Shown: piece by piece, positions 1-8,217 of the stretch
Layout: each line of letters starts with the position of its first letter
Numbering within the stretch: the stretch's first letter is position 1
Assembly: GCA_043754515.1 (NCBI GenBank)
Contig: JAYUUO010000059.1
Location: forward strand, 1-16,122
Direction of reading: 5' to 3'
Length of the DNA stretch: 16,122 nucleotides
DNA from: Armatimonadota bacterium
Lineage (GTDB): Bacteria > Armatimonadota > Armatimonadia > Armatimonadales > Armatimonadaceae
Position numbers and translations under genes: made by a program
Notes under the pieces: generated by a model
Database searches by the model: none
Told to the model about the DNA's origin: nothing
The model's input: only the letters and a program-made list of their open reading frames with translations

Positions 1-46
1 GAACTTGTCCGTCCGAAGGACGTCCGGCGCGGGACGCGCCTAGACA

Positions 47-88
47 GGCAAAACGTGTTTTGCCGATGACGTGGGTTTCAACCCGCGT
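47..88. repeat. Pair of intergenic palindromes, REP-like
   Basis: GGCAAAAC-GT-GTTTTGCC (47-64) and ACGTGGGTT-TC-AACCCGCGT (69-88) are inverted repeats downstream of the exonuclease gene. The REP assignment is inference. Confidence 0.4.
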
Positions 89-232
89 TCTTGACGAACC
101 GCGTAACTCCTAATACTTCCTACCTCCTGCCGACACCATGTCATATAAAACCGAATCAGACACGACCAAACATGGCGGAGCAAAGGGACGGCTCTTCCGA
201 CGACGCTAAACCCGTGCGCCGCGAACGCCGGG

Positions 233-988
233 TCAGCCGGGGAAGCCGGACGCCGCCTTCATCCGCCCGTACGCGAACGCGAGCAGGAGCGACAGGTTTT
301 CGATGTCGGCGCGGTTATACTCCAAGAGCAGGTCGAGCGCGGCGCGGTTCTTGTTCTGACGCCACTCGCGCCACAGCCGCACGGCGTCGTAACCGGACAG
401 CCCGGCGACACCGTCCTCGCGGGCGATCCCGATCTGTCGCTCGATCCGCTTCAAGCCCCCCTTGAAGCCGAGCCGCCGCAGGAGTGGGCACAGGTCAACG
501 TGGAACTGATCGAAGGTCATGTCCGGGAAGCGGCGGCGCAGGAACGGCAGGTCGAAGCCGGTGCCGAAGAAAGTCACCCAGAGCGCGTAGCGGGACGCAT
601 CCTCGGCGAACGCTTCCAGATCCCGGTACTTGAGGTACAAACGGCTTTCGTCGCCGTCGTACACCCCGATCACGGTGATCGAGTCCGCGCCGTACTGGCC
701 GTTTGTCTCGATGTCGAGAAAGCCCACCCGGTTCATGTATTGCGGCACGGCCCGCCAGTGCTCGGTCGCCGGGAGGAGCCGCGCGAAGTAGGCATAATCG
801 TCCGCCGCAAGGCGGGCGATCCACTCGGGCAGGAGAGGCAACAACGCGTCGCGTTGCTGAGCGTTCAGCGGCAGATCGGACGGCGCGGCGCGGAGCGCGT
901 CCTCCCAGGACAGGACGCCAACCTCCCAGAGTCGCCGCTCCGCGATCGGCCCGATGCCCTGCGCCGGGAGAAACGTCGCCGTCAGCAT
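233..988 (-). CDS. YprB-like / RNase_H_2 family DEDD 3'-5' exonuclease
   Basis: Exo motifs FLDIETNG, TFFGTGFDLPFL, GGLKRIE and YNRADIENL (DEDDy). N-terminal GIGP..ERRLWEVG helix-hairpin-helix-like segment. Confidence 0.9.
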   Translation of the reverse strand: MLTATFLPAQGIGPIAERRLWEVGVLSWEDALRAAPSDLPLNAQQRDALLPLLPEWIARLAADDYAYFARLLPATEHWRAVPQYMNRVGFLDIETNGQYGADSITVIGVYDGDESRLYLKYRDLEAFAEDASRYALWVTFFGTGFDLPFLRRRFPDMTFDQFHVDLCPLLRRLGFKGGLKRIERQIGIAREDGVAGLSGYDAVRLWREWRQNKNRAALDLLLEYNRADIENLSLLLAFAYGRMKAASGFPG

Positions 989-1008
989 ACGATGGTCACC
1001 GGGGCCGA

Positions 1009-1785
1009 CTATTTCACCACCGTTGGCAGGAGTGCCTCGGTGGCGGAGATGAAGAACGGCATGAACATGTACAGTTGGGTGCGCCGCTGGATGTCGAGTT
1101 TGCGGAAGGCGTGCATCAAATGGAACTTCACAGTGGGCACGCTGATGCCGAGGAACACCGCGATCTGTTCGTTCGACAAGCCGCGCGCGGCGTGCAACGC
1201 CACCGCGTGCTCCCGCGCGGATAACAGCGCGGCTTGTGACGCGTTCTCGCTGTCCACATTGGCCCGCGCCGCGCCGTTTTTCATGCCCTTAGCATTGCCC
1301 AGCGTCGCGCCGCTTTCCACGGCGGTGATCAGTGCGGGCAGGAGTTGCGGCGAGCAGAAGAGGCGGTTTTGCGCCGCAGCCTGGATGCCCTGTACCAGCA
1401 CCGGGATGGGTTCGTCGGTGCCGATGAAGGCGTTAACCGCCATCTTACGCGCGTTGTAAAAGTCGAGGCGTTCCCCGTCGGCGATCAGGGCGTAGCGGGA
1501 TAGATCGGTATCGCCGCGCGCGCTGTTACGGCGCGGTGCCCGCGCCTCGGACGTGAGATGATATTGCCAGCCTTCCCCGACGAGCAGGGTCACCACAGCA
1601 CCGTCGCCCGTCACGGGCGAGCGACGACGGAAGGGTGACGGCCCCAGCGGGTCTTCCGTGGTGCCTTCGGCGACGCCCTTGCCGTCGTCCTCCGCCCAGA
1701 TCGGCCCCACCGTCGCTAGCAGTGCTTCCACCGCCCGACACAGCAAGGTAGGTCCCTTTAATCGCACTTCGATAGGTGTTTTCAT
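1009..1785 (-). CDS. LuxR-family HTH transcriptional regulator (degenerate receiver-like N-terminus)
   Basis: C-terminal LSAREHAVALHAARGLSNEQIAVFLGISVPTVKFHLMHAFRKL is a LuxR HTH. No clear acidic receiver motif upstream. Confidence 0.85.
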   Translation of the reverse strand: MKTPIEVRLKGPTLLCRAVEALLATVGPIWAEDDGKGVAEGTTEDPLGPSPFRRRSPVTGDGAVVTLLVGEGWQYHLTSEARAPRRNSARGDTDLSRYALIADGERLDFYNARKMAVNAFIGTDEPIPVLVQGIQAAAQNRLFCSPQLLPALITAVESGATLGNAKGMKNGAARANVDSENASQAALLSAREHAVALHAARGLSNEQIAVFLGISVPTVKFHLMHAFRKLDIQRRTQLYMFMPFFISATEALLPTVVK

Positions 1786-1812
1786 CGTGTCTCGACTAGC
1801 CTTGCCACTTTA

Positions 1813-2664
1813 TCACGGATTTTTAGACGTTTCCCCGAACGCGTGCGACGCGAGGTAGTCGTACGACGAGCGCAGACAGTCGAACGGGTCGCGCGGGCAG
1901 GTGTCCTGCTCCACGGCGTACCACCCGACCCCGGCGGCGTCACCCGCCCGGATGATCCCGTCCCACGGCATGTTCCCCTCGCCGACCGCCGCCATGACCG
2001 GCTCCTGTCCGGCTACCACGGCGCGATCTTTCAAATGGATCAGTGGCAACCTACCTCCGCTACGCGATAGTAGCAGGGCTGGGTCAACGCCCGCGTGCCA
2101 CGCCCAGTACACATCAATCTCCAGGCACAAATCCGCGCCGCCTTCCTCCACGAATATGTCGAAAAGCGTGCCCCGGTTGTTGGGAGAGTTTTCCGCGCGG
2201 GCGAACTCAAATTCGTGGTTGTGGTAGCCGAAGCGGATCCCCGCCGCCTTGAGCGCGGCGATGACCGGCACCGCCTCCGCGAGGAAACGGCGGTAGCCGT
2301 CCGCGCCGCCCCGGAACGCGCCGGGGAGCGAGCCGATGGCGACGAAGTCGCACCCGAGCGCGTGATGGAACGCGATCTCCTGATCCGTGCGTTCCCGGAG
2401 CGCGTCCCACGACCGGTGCGTCGCCGCGCATATCAGCCCGCTCTCGTCCAGCATCGCGCGGGCGGTGGTGGCGGACACGAGGCCGCTGTCCAGTGCCCGC
2501 GCCGCCGAAATCTGCACGCCGGAGTAGCCGATGGCGGCGACCCGGTGGAGCGTTTCGCGTAGACCACTCTCGGTAGTCGTGAAGTCGCGGACCGTGTACA
2601 GTTGCGCCGCCCAGCGGTGTTGTTTCGAGGCTCCCGTCATTGCGTCATCTTCCGGCGCGATCAT
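1813..2664 (-). CDS. Sugar-phosphate isomerase/epimerase (AP endonuclease 2 TIM barrel)
   Basis: QLYTVR, YHNHEFEF, EIDVYW, IHLKD, VGEG and VEQD motifs. The start could be the next ATG (2640). Confidence 0.9.
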   Translation of the reverse strand: MIAPEDDAMTGASKQHRWAAQLYTVRDFTTTESGLRETLHRVAAIGYSGVQISAARALDSGLVSATTARAMLDESGLICAATHRSWDALRERTDQEIAFHHALGCDFVAIGSLPGAFRGGADGYRRFLAEAVPVIAALKAAGIRFGYHNHEFEFARAENSPNNRGTLFDIFVEEGGADLCLEIDVYWAWHAGVDPALLLSRSGGRLPLIHLKDRAVVAGQEPVMAAVGEGNMPWDGIIRAGDAAGVGWYAVEQDTCPRDPFDCLRSSYDYLASHAFGETSKNP

Positions 2665-2800
2665 GACTTTATGTCCTTCGACTGGTGTCGTCTACCCGCG
2701 CCGTTTACCTCGCGTGGGCGGGTTCCATCGCGTCGCGAGTGCCTCGCTCTTCGCGCGGCGCGGGTAAACCTACCGTCACGCATTTCGGGAGGGCGACGGG

Positions 2801-3613
2801 TCAACGCCCCGCCGCCCCGGTGTGGACTTGCGCCGCGTCCGCCGTCGCCCGGTCCTGGGCGCGGCGTAGGTCTTTGTCCGCCTGCTCCACGATCAGTTGC
2901 GCGAGTTCGACGCGGGCATCGCGCTGGTCGCGCACGGGGACGTCCTCGACCAGGTCGCCGTCCTTGAAGCGGATGATACGGGTCGCGTGTTGGGCGATGT
3001 CTAGTTCGTGCGTCACCATCACCACCGTCTTGCCCTCGCGGTTCAGTTCCTGGAAGATGTCCATGATCTCGACGCTGGTTTTCGTGTCCAGCGCGCCGGT
3101 CGGCTCGTCCGCCATGATCACGAGCGGGTCGTTAGCCAGAGCGCGGGCGATGGCGACGCGCTGTTGCTGGCCGCCGGAGAGCTGGTTCGGGCGGTGGTCC
3201 ATGCGATCCGCCAGCCCCACCCGCGCGAGTGCCCACTCCGCCCGCTCCCGCCGCTTGGCGCGGTTGAGACGCCCGGCATACTGCATGGGCACCTCTACCT
3301 GTTGCAGGGCGTTGGTACGCGCGAGTAGATTGAAGGACTGGAATACGAACCCGAACCGCTCGCACCGGATCTCGGCGAGGCGGTCGTCCGACAGGTTAGA
3401 CACGTCCTCGGTGGCGAGCCAGTACTTGCCCGCCGAGGGCCGGTCGAGGCACCCGAGAATATTCATGTAGGTGGACTTGCCGGAGCCGGACGGTCCCATG
3501 ATGGCGACGAACTCGCCTTCCTCAATGTTGAGGTTGATGCCGTTCAGCACTTGAAGATCGGCGGGGCCAGTTTTATAAACCTTGGTCAGGTCGCGGGTTT
3601 CGATGAGTGACAT
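2801..3613 (-). CDS. ABC transporter ATP-binding protein, MacB/LolD family
   Basis: Walker A GPSGSGKST, FGFVFQSFNL, signature LSGGQQQRV, Walker B IMADEPTGALD, VTHE switch. Confidence 0.95.
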   Translation of the reverse strand: MSLIETRDLTKVYKTGPADLQVLNGINLNIEEGEFVAIMGPSGSGKSTYMNILGCLDRPSAGKYWLATEDVSNLSDDRLAEIRCERFGFVFQSFNLLARTNALQQVEVPMQYAGRLNRAKRRERAEWALARVGLADRMDHRPNQLSGGQQQRVAIARALANDPLVIMADEPTGALDTKTSVEIMDIFQELNREGKTVVMVTHELDIAQHATRIIRFKDGDLVEDVPVRDQRDARVELAQLIVEQADKDLRRAQDRATADAAQVHTGAAGR

Positions 3614-3691
3614 AATTTCGGGAAAAAGGTTTCTTCAGGTTATTCTACCGTGCCGACGCCGCGACCGGGGTATAAGTTACGCCGCACCGAC

Positions 3692-3743
3692 AAAAAGAAA
3701 AGAGCCGCGCGGTTCGCTCGACGAGCGGATCGCGCGACCCCTT
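3692..3743 (-). terminator. Intrinsic terminator of the tRNA operon
   Basis: Minus strand CGCGCGATCCGCTCG-T-CGAGCGAACCGCGCG imperfect hairpin followed by GCTCTTTTCTTTTT, just 3' of tRNA-Tyr. Confidence 0.7.
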
Positions 3744-3756
3744 AACTACTCTCATA

Positions 3757-3839
3757 TGGGCAGGACAGGGTTCGAACCTGTGTAGGCTTGCGCCGACGAT
3801 TTTACAGACCGCCTCCTTTAACCACTCGGACACCTACCC
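3757..3839 (-). tRNA. tRNA-Tyr(GUA)
   Basis: GGGTAGG/CCTGCCC acceptor stem, D-arm TCCGAGTGGTTAAAGGA, anticodon loop CTGTAAA, long variable arm, ACAGG-TTCGAAC-CCTGT T-arm, A73. CCA not encoded. Confidence 0.95.
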
Positions 3840-3885
3840 GTAAACCGCGCGGGGCGGGGACGCCGCCGCTGTTCGTTGCCACACA

Positions 3886-3956
3886 GGCCTTCTCGGAGAG
3901 TCGAACTCCGTTCTGGAGATTACAAATCAACTGTAATACCGTTATACTAAGAAGGC
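3886..3956 (-). tRNA. tRNA-Thr(UGU), atypical or degenerate
   Basis: GCCTTCT/AGAAGGC acceptor stem, GTA-TAACGGTAT-TAC D-arm, loop TTTGTAA, CGGAG-TTCGACT-CTCCG T-arm. Anticodon stem GTTGA/TCTCC has two mismatches. The Thr(UGU)-Tyr(GUA) order is common in bacteria. Confidence 0.8.
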
Positions 3957-4052
3957 TTGAATCCCACGTAGCGCACGGTTTGCGACACGATCCTCCCGCG
4001 ACCGAGCCAGCCGCGTCGAACCGATTTTCCTTTGGCGGGGACAACGAAAGGG

Positions 4053-4081
4053 ATTATAGGGCGGTCGGGGGCGATTGTCAA
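4053..4081 (-). promoter_or_regulatory. Consensus sigma70/sigmaA promoter of the tRNA operon
   Basis: Minus strand TTGACA (4081-4076), 17-bp spacer, TATAAT (4058-4053). Predicted start near 4045. Confidence 0.9.
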
Positions 4082-4151
4082 GGCGGGGGGCGAAATAAAA
4101 CGGGCGCGGCGTATGTCGCCGCGCCCGCTATGCCCGCTCCCCGACCGCCGG

Positions 4152-4835
4152 TCAGGAGTCTTTGCCGCGATCCCGCGTCTTGATGTCTTCCGCGAGGCGG
4201 CGCAACTCATCCGAGAGCCGGGCCGCGCCGACCACCTCTTTCGGGGTCGGGATCTGATCTTTGGGCGGCGGCAACGGTCGCGTCCAGCCGTCCGGCAGGC
4301 GGTCATTCTCCCAGCGGTGTCGCGCCCGCGTCCGCAGATCGGAGAGCGCGGTGTTATCCTCCGCAGTCGGGGTCAGGTGTACCTCGACGTACTCGCCCCG
4401 CGACTCGCGGTAGATCGCCTCCGCGACGGAGACGTAGAGCGTGTCGCCGCGCTGGACGCTCGCGCCGGAGGCTAAATCAGGGTGCCCGATGACCCGTGTC
4501 GGTTCTTTATGTCGCGATCCACTCATAATTACTAGTCCGCCCAGTATAACTGGCCGTTCCTCCCCCCTGTGCGCTAAATTATCGGTGAACGTATCCCCGC
4601 CTCGAAGAACTGATTGTGAGATCTGCCCGCCGACCACTACCAGCAAAGGCTCGCTACGCGCGACGAGAACGACTCCCGTCCGCCCCGCCTCGGGGGTCCA
4701 TAGGCGCGGCATGCCCGCGACTAACACTCCCGCCCCTGTCCTGCCCCGTACCGTAAACTCCCCGTCTTGCATTATACCCGGTACCTCGTTTTCCCCTAAA
4801 CGAAACGTAATCAAACGATTTTGCCGCCGTGCCAC
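4152..4835 (-). CDS. Hypothetical protein
   Basis: 227-aa ORF with GTG start that fills the gap co-directionally with its neighbours. Protein-like, beta-rich composition, no recognised motif. Confidence 0.6.
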   Translation of the reverse strand: MARRQNRLITFRLGENEVPGIMQDGEFTVRGRTGAGVLVAGMPRLWTPEAGRTGVVLVARSEPLLVVVGGQISQSVLRGGDTFTDNLAHRGEERPVILGGLVIMSGSRHKEPTRVIGHPDLASGASVQRGDTLYVSVAEAIYRESRGEYVEVHLTPTAEDNTALSDLRTRARHRWENDRLPDGWTRPLPPPKDQIPTPKEVVGAARLSDELRRLAEDIKTRDRGKDS

Positions 4836-4894
4836 GTCTTACCCACGCGGTGGCGTTCCCTATCCTCACCTATACGGCACTCCCGCCCGCGATG

Positions 4895-5446
4895 TTACGG
4901 CGTCGCCGCCGGAGCCGACGTACCCTCCACCGTCGCGCGGCCCACCAGGCGGAACTCCGTCGAACGGCCCGTGGCCGGGTCAGACAGCGAGAACCGGGCG
5001 ATTACACTCTCGCTCTTGCCCCCGAGCGTGAGCCGGGTCGCGCCCGTGAGCGCGATGCTCTGTGCCCCGCCCCCGAGCGATTTGCCCGATATACGCAGGC
5101 TCCACAGTGCCCGCACCGTCGGCTCGCTCTTCGCCGCCCCGGAGCCGTCCACCGCCTTACCCGAATCATCGGCAGGTTCCACGGTCGGGGACAGGGAAAC
5201 GTACAGCACGTCATTCGCGCCGGACTTCGGCTCGCTTTTCATCTCAATAAAGGCCACCTGCCCGTCGAGCGTGGTCAGCACCGGCTTCAGTATCACCACC
5301 GGGTCGGGCGCGGCGACCCCGGCGGTCGCAGACGGGTCTTGCCGGAGCCAGCGCAGGGTGAACGACACCAGGGGTGGGTCCGGCTTGCGCACGGGCGCGG
5401 GCGGCGCGGTTGTGACTAGGGCGAGCAGGGCGGGCAGAACGAGCAT
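4895..5446 (-). CDS. Hypothetical secreted protein
   Basis: ATG at 5446 gives signal-peptide-like MLVLPALLALVTTA, a Pro-rich linker and a beta-strand-like body. Confidence 0.65.
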   Translation of the reverse strand: MLVLPALLALVTTAPPAPVRKPDPPLVSFTLRWLRQDPSATAGVAAPDPVVILKPVLTTLDGQVAFIEMKSEPKSGANDVLYVSLSPTVEPADDSGKAVDGSGAAKSEPTVRALWSLRISGKSLGGGAQSIALTGATRLTLGGKSESVIARFSLSDPATGRSTEFRLVGRATVEGTSAPAATP

Positions 5447-5494
5447 GTGATTTTTCCAATCCCCGTCTGCGTCCGACGCCAACGGGGTATCTTT

Positions 5495-6235
5495 TTAGTC
5501 GCGCCTCAGTGCCTCGGCGACGGGCGCGATCTCTAAAACTTCGGCTAGCGTGCGCAAAACGTAGGACGGGGTCGGCACCCCCGGCGGGAGCTGCATCCCG
5601 TCCGCGTTCAGCCACGCGCAACACCACCCCGCCGCCACCGCCCCGGCGACATCCGCTTCGGGCGAGTTCCCGACGAACAGCAACTCGTCCGGCGCGAACC
5701 CGACGGACTCGGCGGCGTGCGCGAATATCCGCCCGTCTGGCTTCGGGTGTCCGAACTCGCTGTCCACGACGATGACGCGGAACGCGCCCGTCAACTCCAG
5801 CGCGGTGAGTTTGCCCCTTTGCATCGCGGACGGCCCGTTCGTGATCACTCCGAGCGGGAACGACCGGGCGAGCGTTTGTATTGTCTCGCGCGTGTCCGCG
5901 AACGGCCGGATCTCCTGCGCTTCGATCTTTTCGTGTTCCGCGATTAACTCCGCGATCAGGCCAGGTTCCGGCGCGACCCCGAGCGCGGTCAGCGCGTCGC
6001 CCGTTAGCACCGCGCGCAGGACGCCCACCGGGAGCGTCCCGAGTCCGGCGAAACCCGGTGTCCCGTAGCCGAAACGCTTCTCGTACGCCGCGTAGATCGC
6101 GGTCCGCAGATCGCCGACCGTGACGTGCCCGTGGCACCCGGCGAGCACGGCGTGCGACGCGGCGAGCGCGAGTTCGTACGCCGCGTTGTAGCGGATCAGT
6201 GTATCGTCCAGGTCAAAGAAAATGGCGCGGATCAT
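5495..6235 (-). CDS. HAD-superfamily hydrolase (YjjG/YigB-like)
   Basis: Motif I FFDLDDTL, motif II ITNG, motif III KPD, motif IV variant VGNSPEAD. ATG at 6235 overlaps the upstream stop (ATGA). Confidence 0.9.
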   Translation of the reverse strand: MIRAIFFDLDDTLIRYNAAYELALAASHAVLAGCHGHVTVGDLRTAIYAAYEKRFGYGTPGFAGLGTLPVGVLRAVLTGDALTALGVAPEPGLIAELIAEHEKIEAQEIRPFADTRETIQTLARSFPLGVITNGPSAMQRGKLTALELTGAFRVIVVDSEFGHPKPDGRIFAHAAESVGFAPDELLFVGNSPEADVAGAVAAGWCCAWLNADGMQLPPGVPTPSYVLRTLAEVLEIAPVAEALRRD

Positions 6236-6945
6236 GGATTGTTTGATAAGACGACTTCCACCGCGTTTCGTTCCGCGCCGCCCAAACTTTCCCGCCATGC
6301 CAGGGCGTCGGGCACGCCGACTCGGTCGAGCGTCCGCGCCAGACGGCAGAGGGCGGAGTAGCCCGCCGCGTCGCGCAGTGCCACGCCGGTCACGAACGCC
6401 CGCCCGTAATACCCCGGCGGATACGTCGCGTCGCTCCACGGGTCGGTGCATAGCAGACTCGCCAGCGGGTACGACTCGGCCTCGCGCGCGTACTGCCGCG
6501 CGACCCGCCCGGCGTAATCCCCGAGACCGCTCTGCCGCAGCAGGCGCACCGAGAACAGACACGCCAGCATCTCGTGCGTCCAGTGGAAGATGCGCCCGCC
6601 CCCGGCGAGCCGGTGAAACATCTCGTGCCCGATCTGCAAACGCGCCTGCCACGGGTCGGAGCCGGAAGCCAGGTAGATGTCGTAGCAACGATTGGCGGGA
6701 ACATAGACGCACTCGGGCCGCGCCCCCCAGAGCAACACCTCGGGCCGCTTCGCGTCGGCAGGCTCGCCGAAGTCCGTGGTGCCGACACCCCGCGCGAGCG
6801 CACCGTAGGCGAGCAGGTCGGCGTCGCCGACGGTGGAATAGGTTTCGTGGTCGGTGCAGTGCGGGCAGGTCCAGGTCCCCGTCCCCGCGCCGAATGTCAC
6901 CGCGCACGGACCTAACTCACGGAACGTTCGTTGACAGCGCGGCAT
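6232..6945 (-). CDS. Putative zincin metallopeptidase-like protein with Cys-rich N-terminus
   Basis: GHEMFH followed by WTHEMLA (HEXXH plus downstream Glu) and YYGRAFV. N-terminal C..C..CPHC. Confidence 0.65.
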   Translation of the reverse strand: MPRCQRTFRELGPCAVTFGAGTGTWTCPHCTDHETYSTVGDADLLAYGALARGVGTTDFGEPADAKRPEVLLWGARPECVYVPANRCYDIYLASGSDPWQARLQIGHEMFHRLAGGGRIFHWTHEMLACLFSVRLLRQSGLGDYAGRVARQYAREAESYPLASLLCTDPWSDATYPPGYYGRAFVTGVALRDAAGYSALCRLARTLDRVGVPDALAWRESLGGAERNAVEVVLSNNP

Positions 6946-6952
6946 GGCCCCT

Positions 6953-6963
6953 ATTTTACCGCG
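6953..6963 (-). promoter_or_regulatory. -10 box, probable leaderless promoter
   Basis: CGCGGTAAAAT ending 7 nt before the ATG at 6945. Confidence 0.55.
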
Positions 6964-6980
6964 CCGACGCCACTAATCCG

Positions 6981-7301
6981 CTAATCTTCCTCGAAGTCGA
7001 GTTCGCCGAAGCCGGGGAAAGGGCGCGGACGCGACAGCGACGCGTGTACGGAATCTTCCACGAACCGCGTGATGACCTCCTCCTCGGCGAGCACACGCAC
7101 CTGTTCGCGCAGTTCCAGGATACGCTCGTCAAGCGCGGCCCGCTCGGGAGAACCGGCGGCGGTTAGAGCCTGTTTTTCCTTCGCGGCGTCGAGCCGCGTT
7201 TGCAGGGCGAGGCGGTACTCGCGCCATTTGGCGGCACGTGGTTGCCCCTCCAAAAACTCCTCAATGATCTCTTCGCGGGGGTCAAAAGTCTGCGTTTCCA
7301 T
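6981..7301 (-). CDS. Hypothetical acidic coiled-coil protein
   Basis: 106 aa, heptad-like LDERILELREQVRVLAEEE, -10 box directly upstream. Confidence 0.75.
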   Translation of the reverse strand: METQTFDPREEIIEEFLEGQPRAAKWREYRLALQTRLDAAKEKQALTAAGSPERAALDERILELREQVRVLAEEEVITRFVEDSVHASLSRPRPFPGFGELDFEED

Positions 7302-7307
7302 GCCCTT

Positions 7308-7318
7308 ATTTTACCGCG
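7308..7318 (-). promoter_or_regulatory. -10 box, probable leaderless promoter
   Basis: CGCGGTAAAAT ending 6 nt before the ATG at 7301. Confidence 0.55.
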
Positions 7319-7430
7319 AAATGGCGGCTTTCGGAGTAATATCCCCGCGAAAACGGGATTATTTGACCGGAGGCATGCCCGTGTATCGTGTAACCACGCG
7401 CCCGCGCCGTTTAGCAACACGCCGCCCGTC

Positions 7431-7441
7431 CGCGATACAAT
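7431..7441 (+). promoter_or_regulatory. Probable -10 box of the 7463 gene
   Basis: CGCGATACAAT ending 21 nt upstream of the ATG, same context as the other -10 boxes. Confidence 0.5.
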
Positions 7442-7462
7442 CCGTTAGGCATAAAACAAAGA

Positions 7463-8197
7463 ATGACAAAACTTAACCAGATCATCGCCATCGAAAAAGG
7501 CGTTAAAAACACGGCGTTCTCGGAGCTCACCGAGGCGCACCATCAGCTACAGAAGCCGACCCTGCTGTCGGGCATTTCGCGCACGTACCGCCCGAAGGAC
7601 GAGGAGGGGGAGACCCTGCCGCCCGAGTCCACGCGCGTGCAGGTGCGCGGCGAGGAGGTGATCCGCGCCACCGCCGAGACGCTAACGCGGCTCTTCGACG
7701 TCACCGCGACCAAGGAGTGGGCGAACTGCGAGGCGAAAGGCGACGTCACGGTGGACGGTGCCGTGCTACTCAAGGACGTCCCCGCGACCTACCTGCTCTT
7801 TCTGGAGAAGCAGCTCGTGGACATGCACACGTTCGTAAAGAAACTCCCGGTCCTGGACGCGTCCGAGACCTGGATCTATGACGCCGGGTCGGACTCGTTC
7901 GCGACCGAGGCGGTGCAAACCGTGAAGACGAAAAAGATCCCGCGCAACCACGTCAAAGCCGAGGCGACGGAGCATCACGCGGCGCAGGTCGAGGTCTACT
8001 ACGAGGACGTGTCGGTCGGCTACTGGCGCACAGTGAAGTTCTCGGGTGCCCTGCCCGCGAAGCGCGTGAACGATCTGCTGGAGCGCGTCGAGAAGTTGCA
8101 GACGGCGGTGAAGTTCGCCCGCGAGGCGGCGAACGGCCTGGAAGTGACGGATCACAAAGTGGGCGCGACGGTGTTCCAGTACCTGTTCGGCCAGTAG
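7463..8197 (+). CDS. Uncharacterised protein (helical hairpins plus long beta-hairpin), candidate partner of the downstream ncRNA
   Basis: 244-aa ORF with strong GC3 bias and Lys/Glu/Thr-rich natural composition. No catalytic motif recognised. Confidence 0.9.
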   Translation: MTKLNQIIAIEKGVKNTAFSELTEAHHQLQKPTLLSGISRTYRPKDEEGETLPPESTRVQVRGEEVIRATAETLTRLFDVTATKEWANCEAKGDVTVDGAVLLKDVPATYLLFLEKQLVDMHTFVKKLPVLDASETWIYDAGSDSFATEAVQTVKTKKIPRNHVKAEATEHHAAQVEVYYEDVSVGYWRTVKFSGALPAKRVNDLLERVEKLQTAVKFAREAANGLEVTDHKVGATVFQYLFGQ

Positions 8198-8200
8198 AAA

Positions 8201-8211
8201 CGCGGTATAAT
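8201..8211 (+). promoter_or_regulatory. -10 box for the ncRNA
   Basis: CGCGG-TATAAT, with a perfect TATAAT at 8206-8211, 8 nt after the stop codon. Predicted start near 8218. No convincing -35. Confidence 0.65.
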
Positions 8212-8217
8212 AGAGGC

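Noticed and set aside
105..131. TCCTA-type short tandem repeat (aactcctaatacttcctacctcctgcc)
   Set aside because: Only about three degenerate units, too weak to call.
233..988. MrfAB/YprAB repair or defence system
   Set aside because: No YprA-type helicase in the window. Only the exonuclease is seen.
500..1459. Long antisense/alternate-frame ORFs (also 2685-3470, 6222-7166, 11978-12964, 14310-15206)
   Set aside because: Shadow ORFs of motif-bearing genes, expected in high-GC DNA.
5495..6907. 470-aa ORF as a fusion protein
   Set aside because: The N-terminal part is an Arg-rich off-frame reading of the 6232-6945 gene. The HAD domain starts at 6235.
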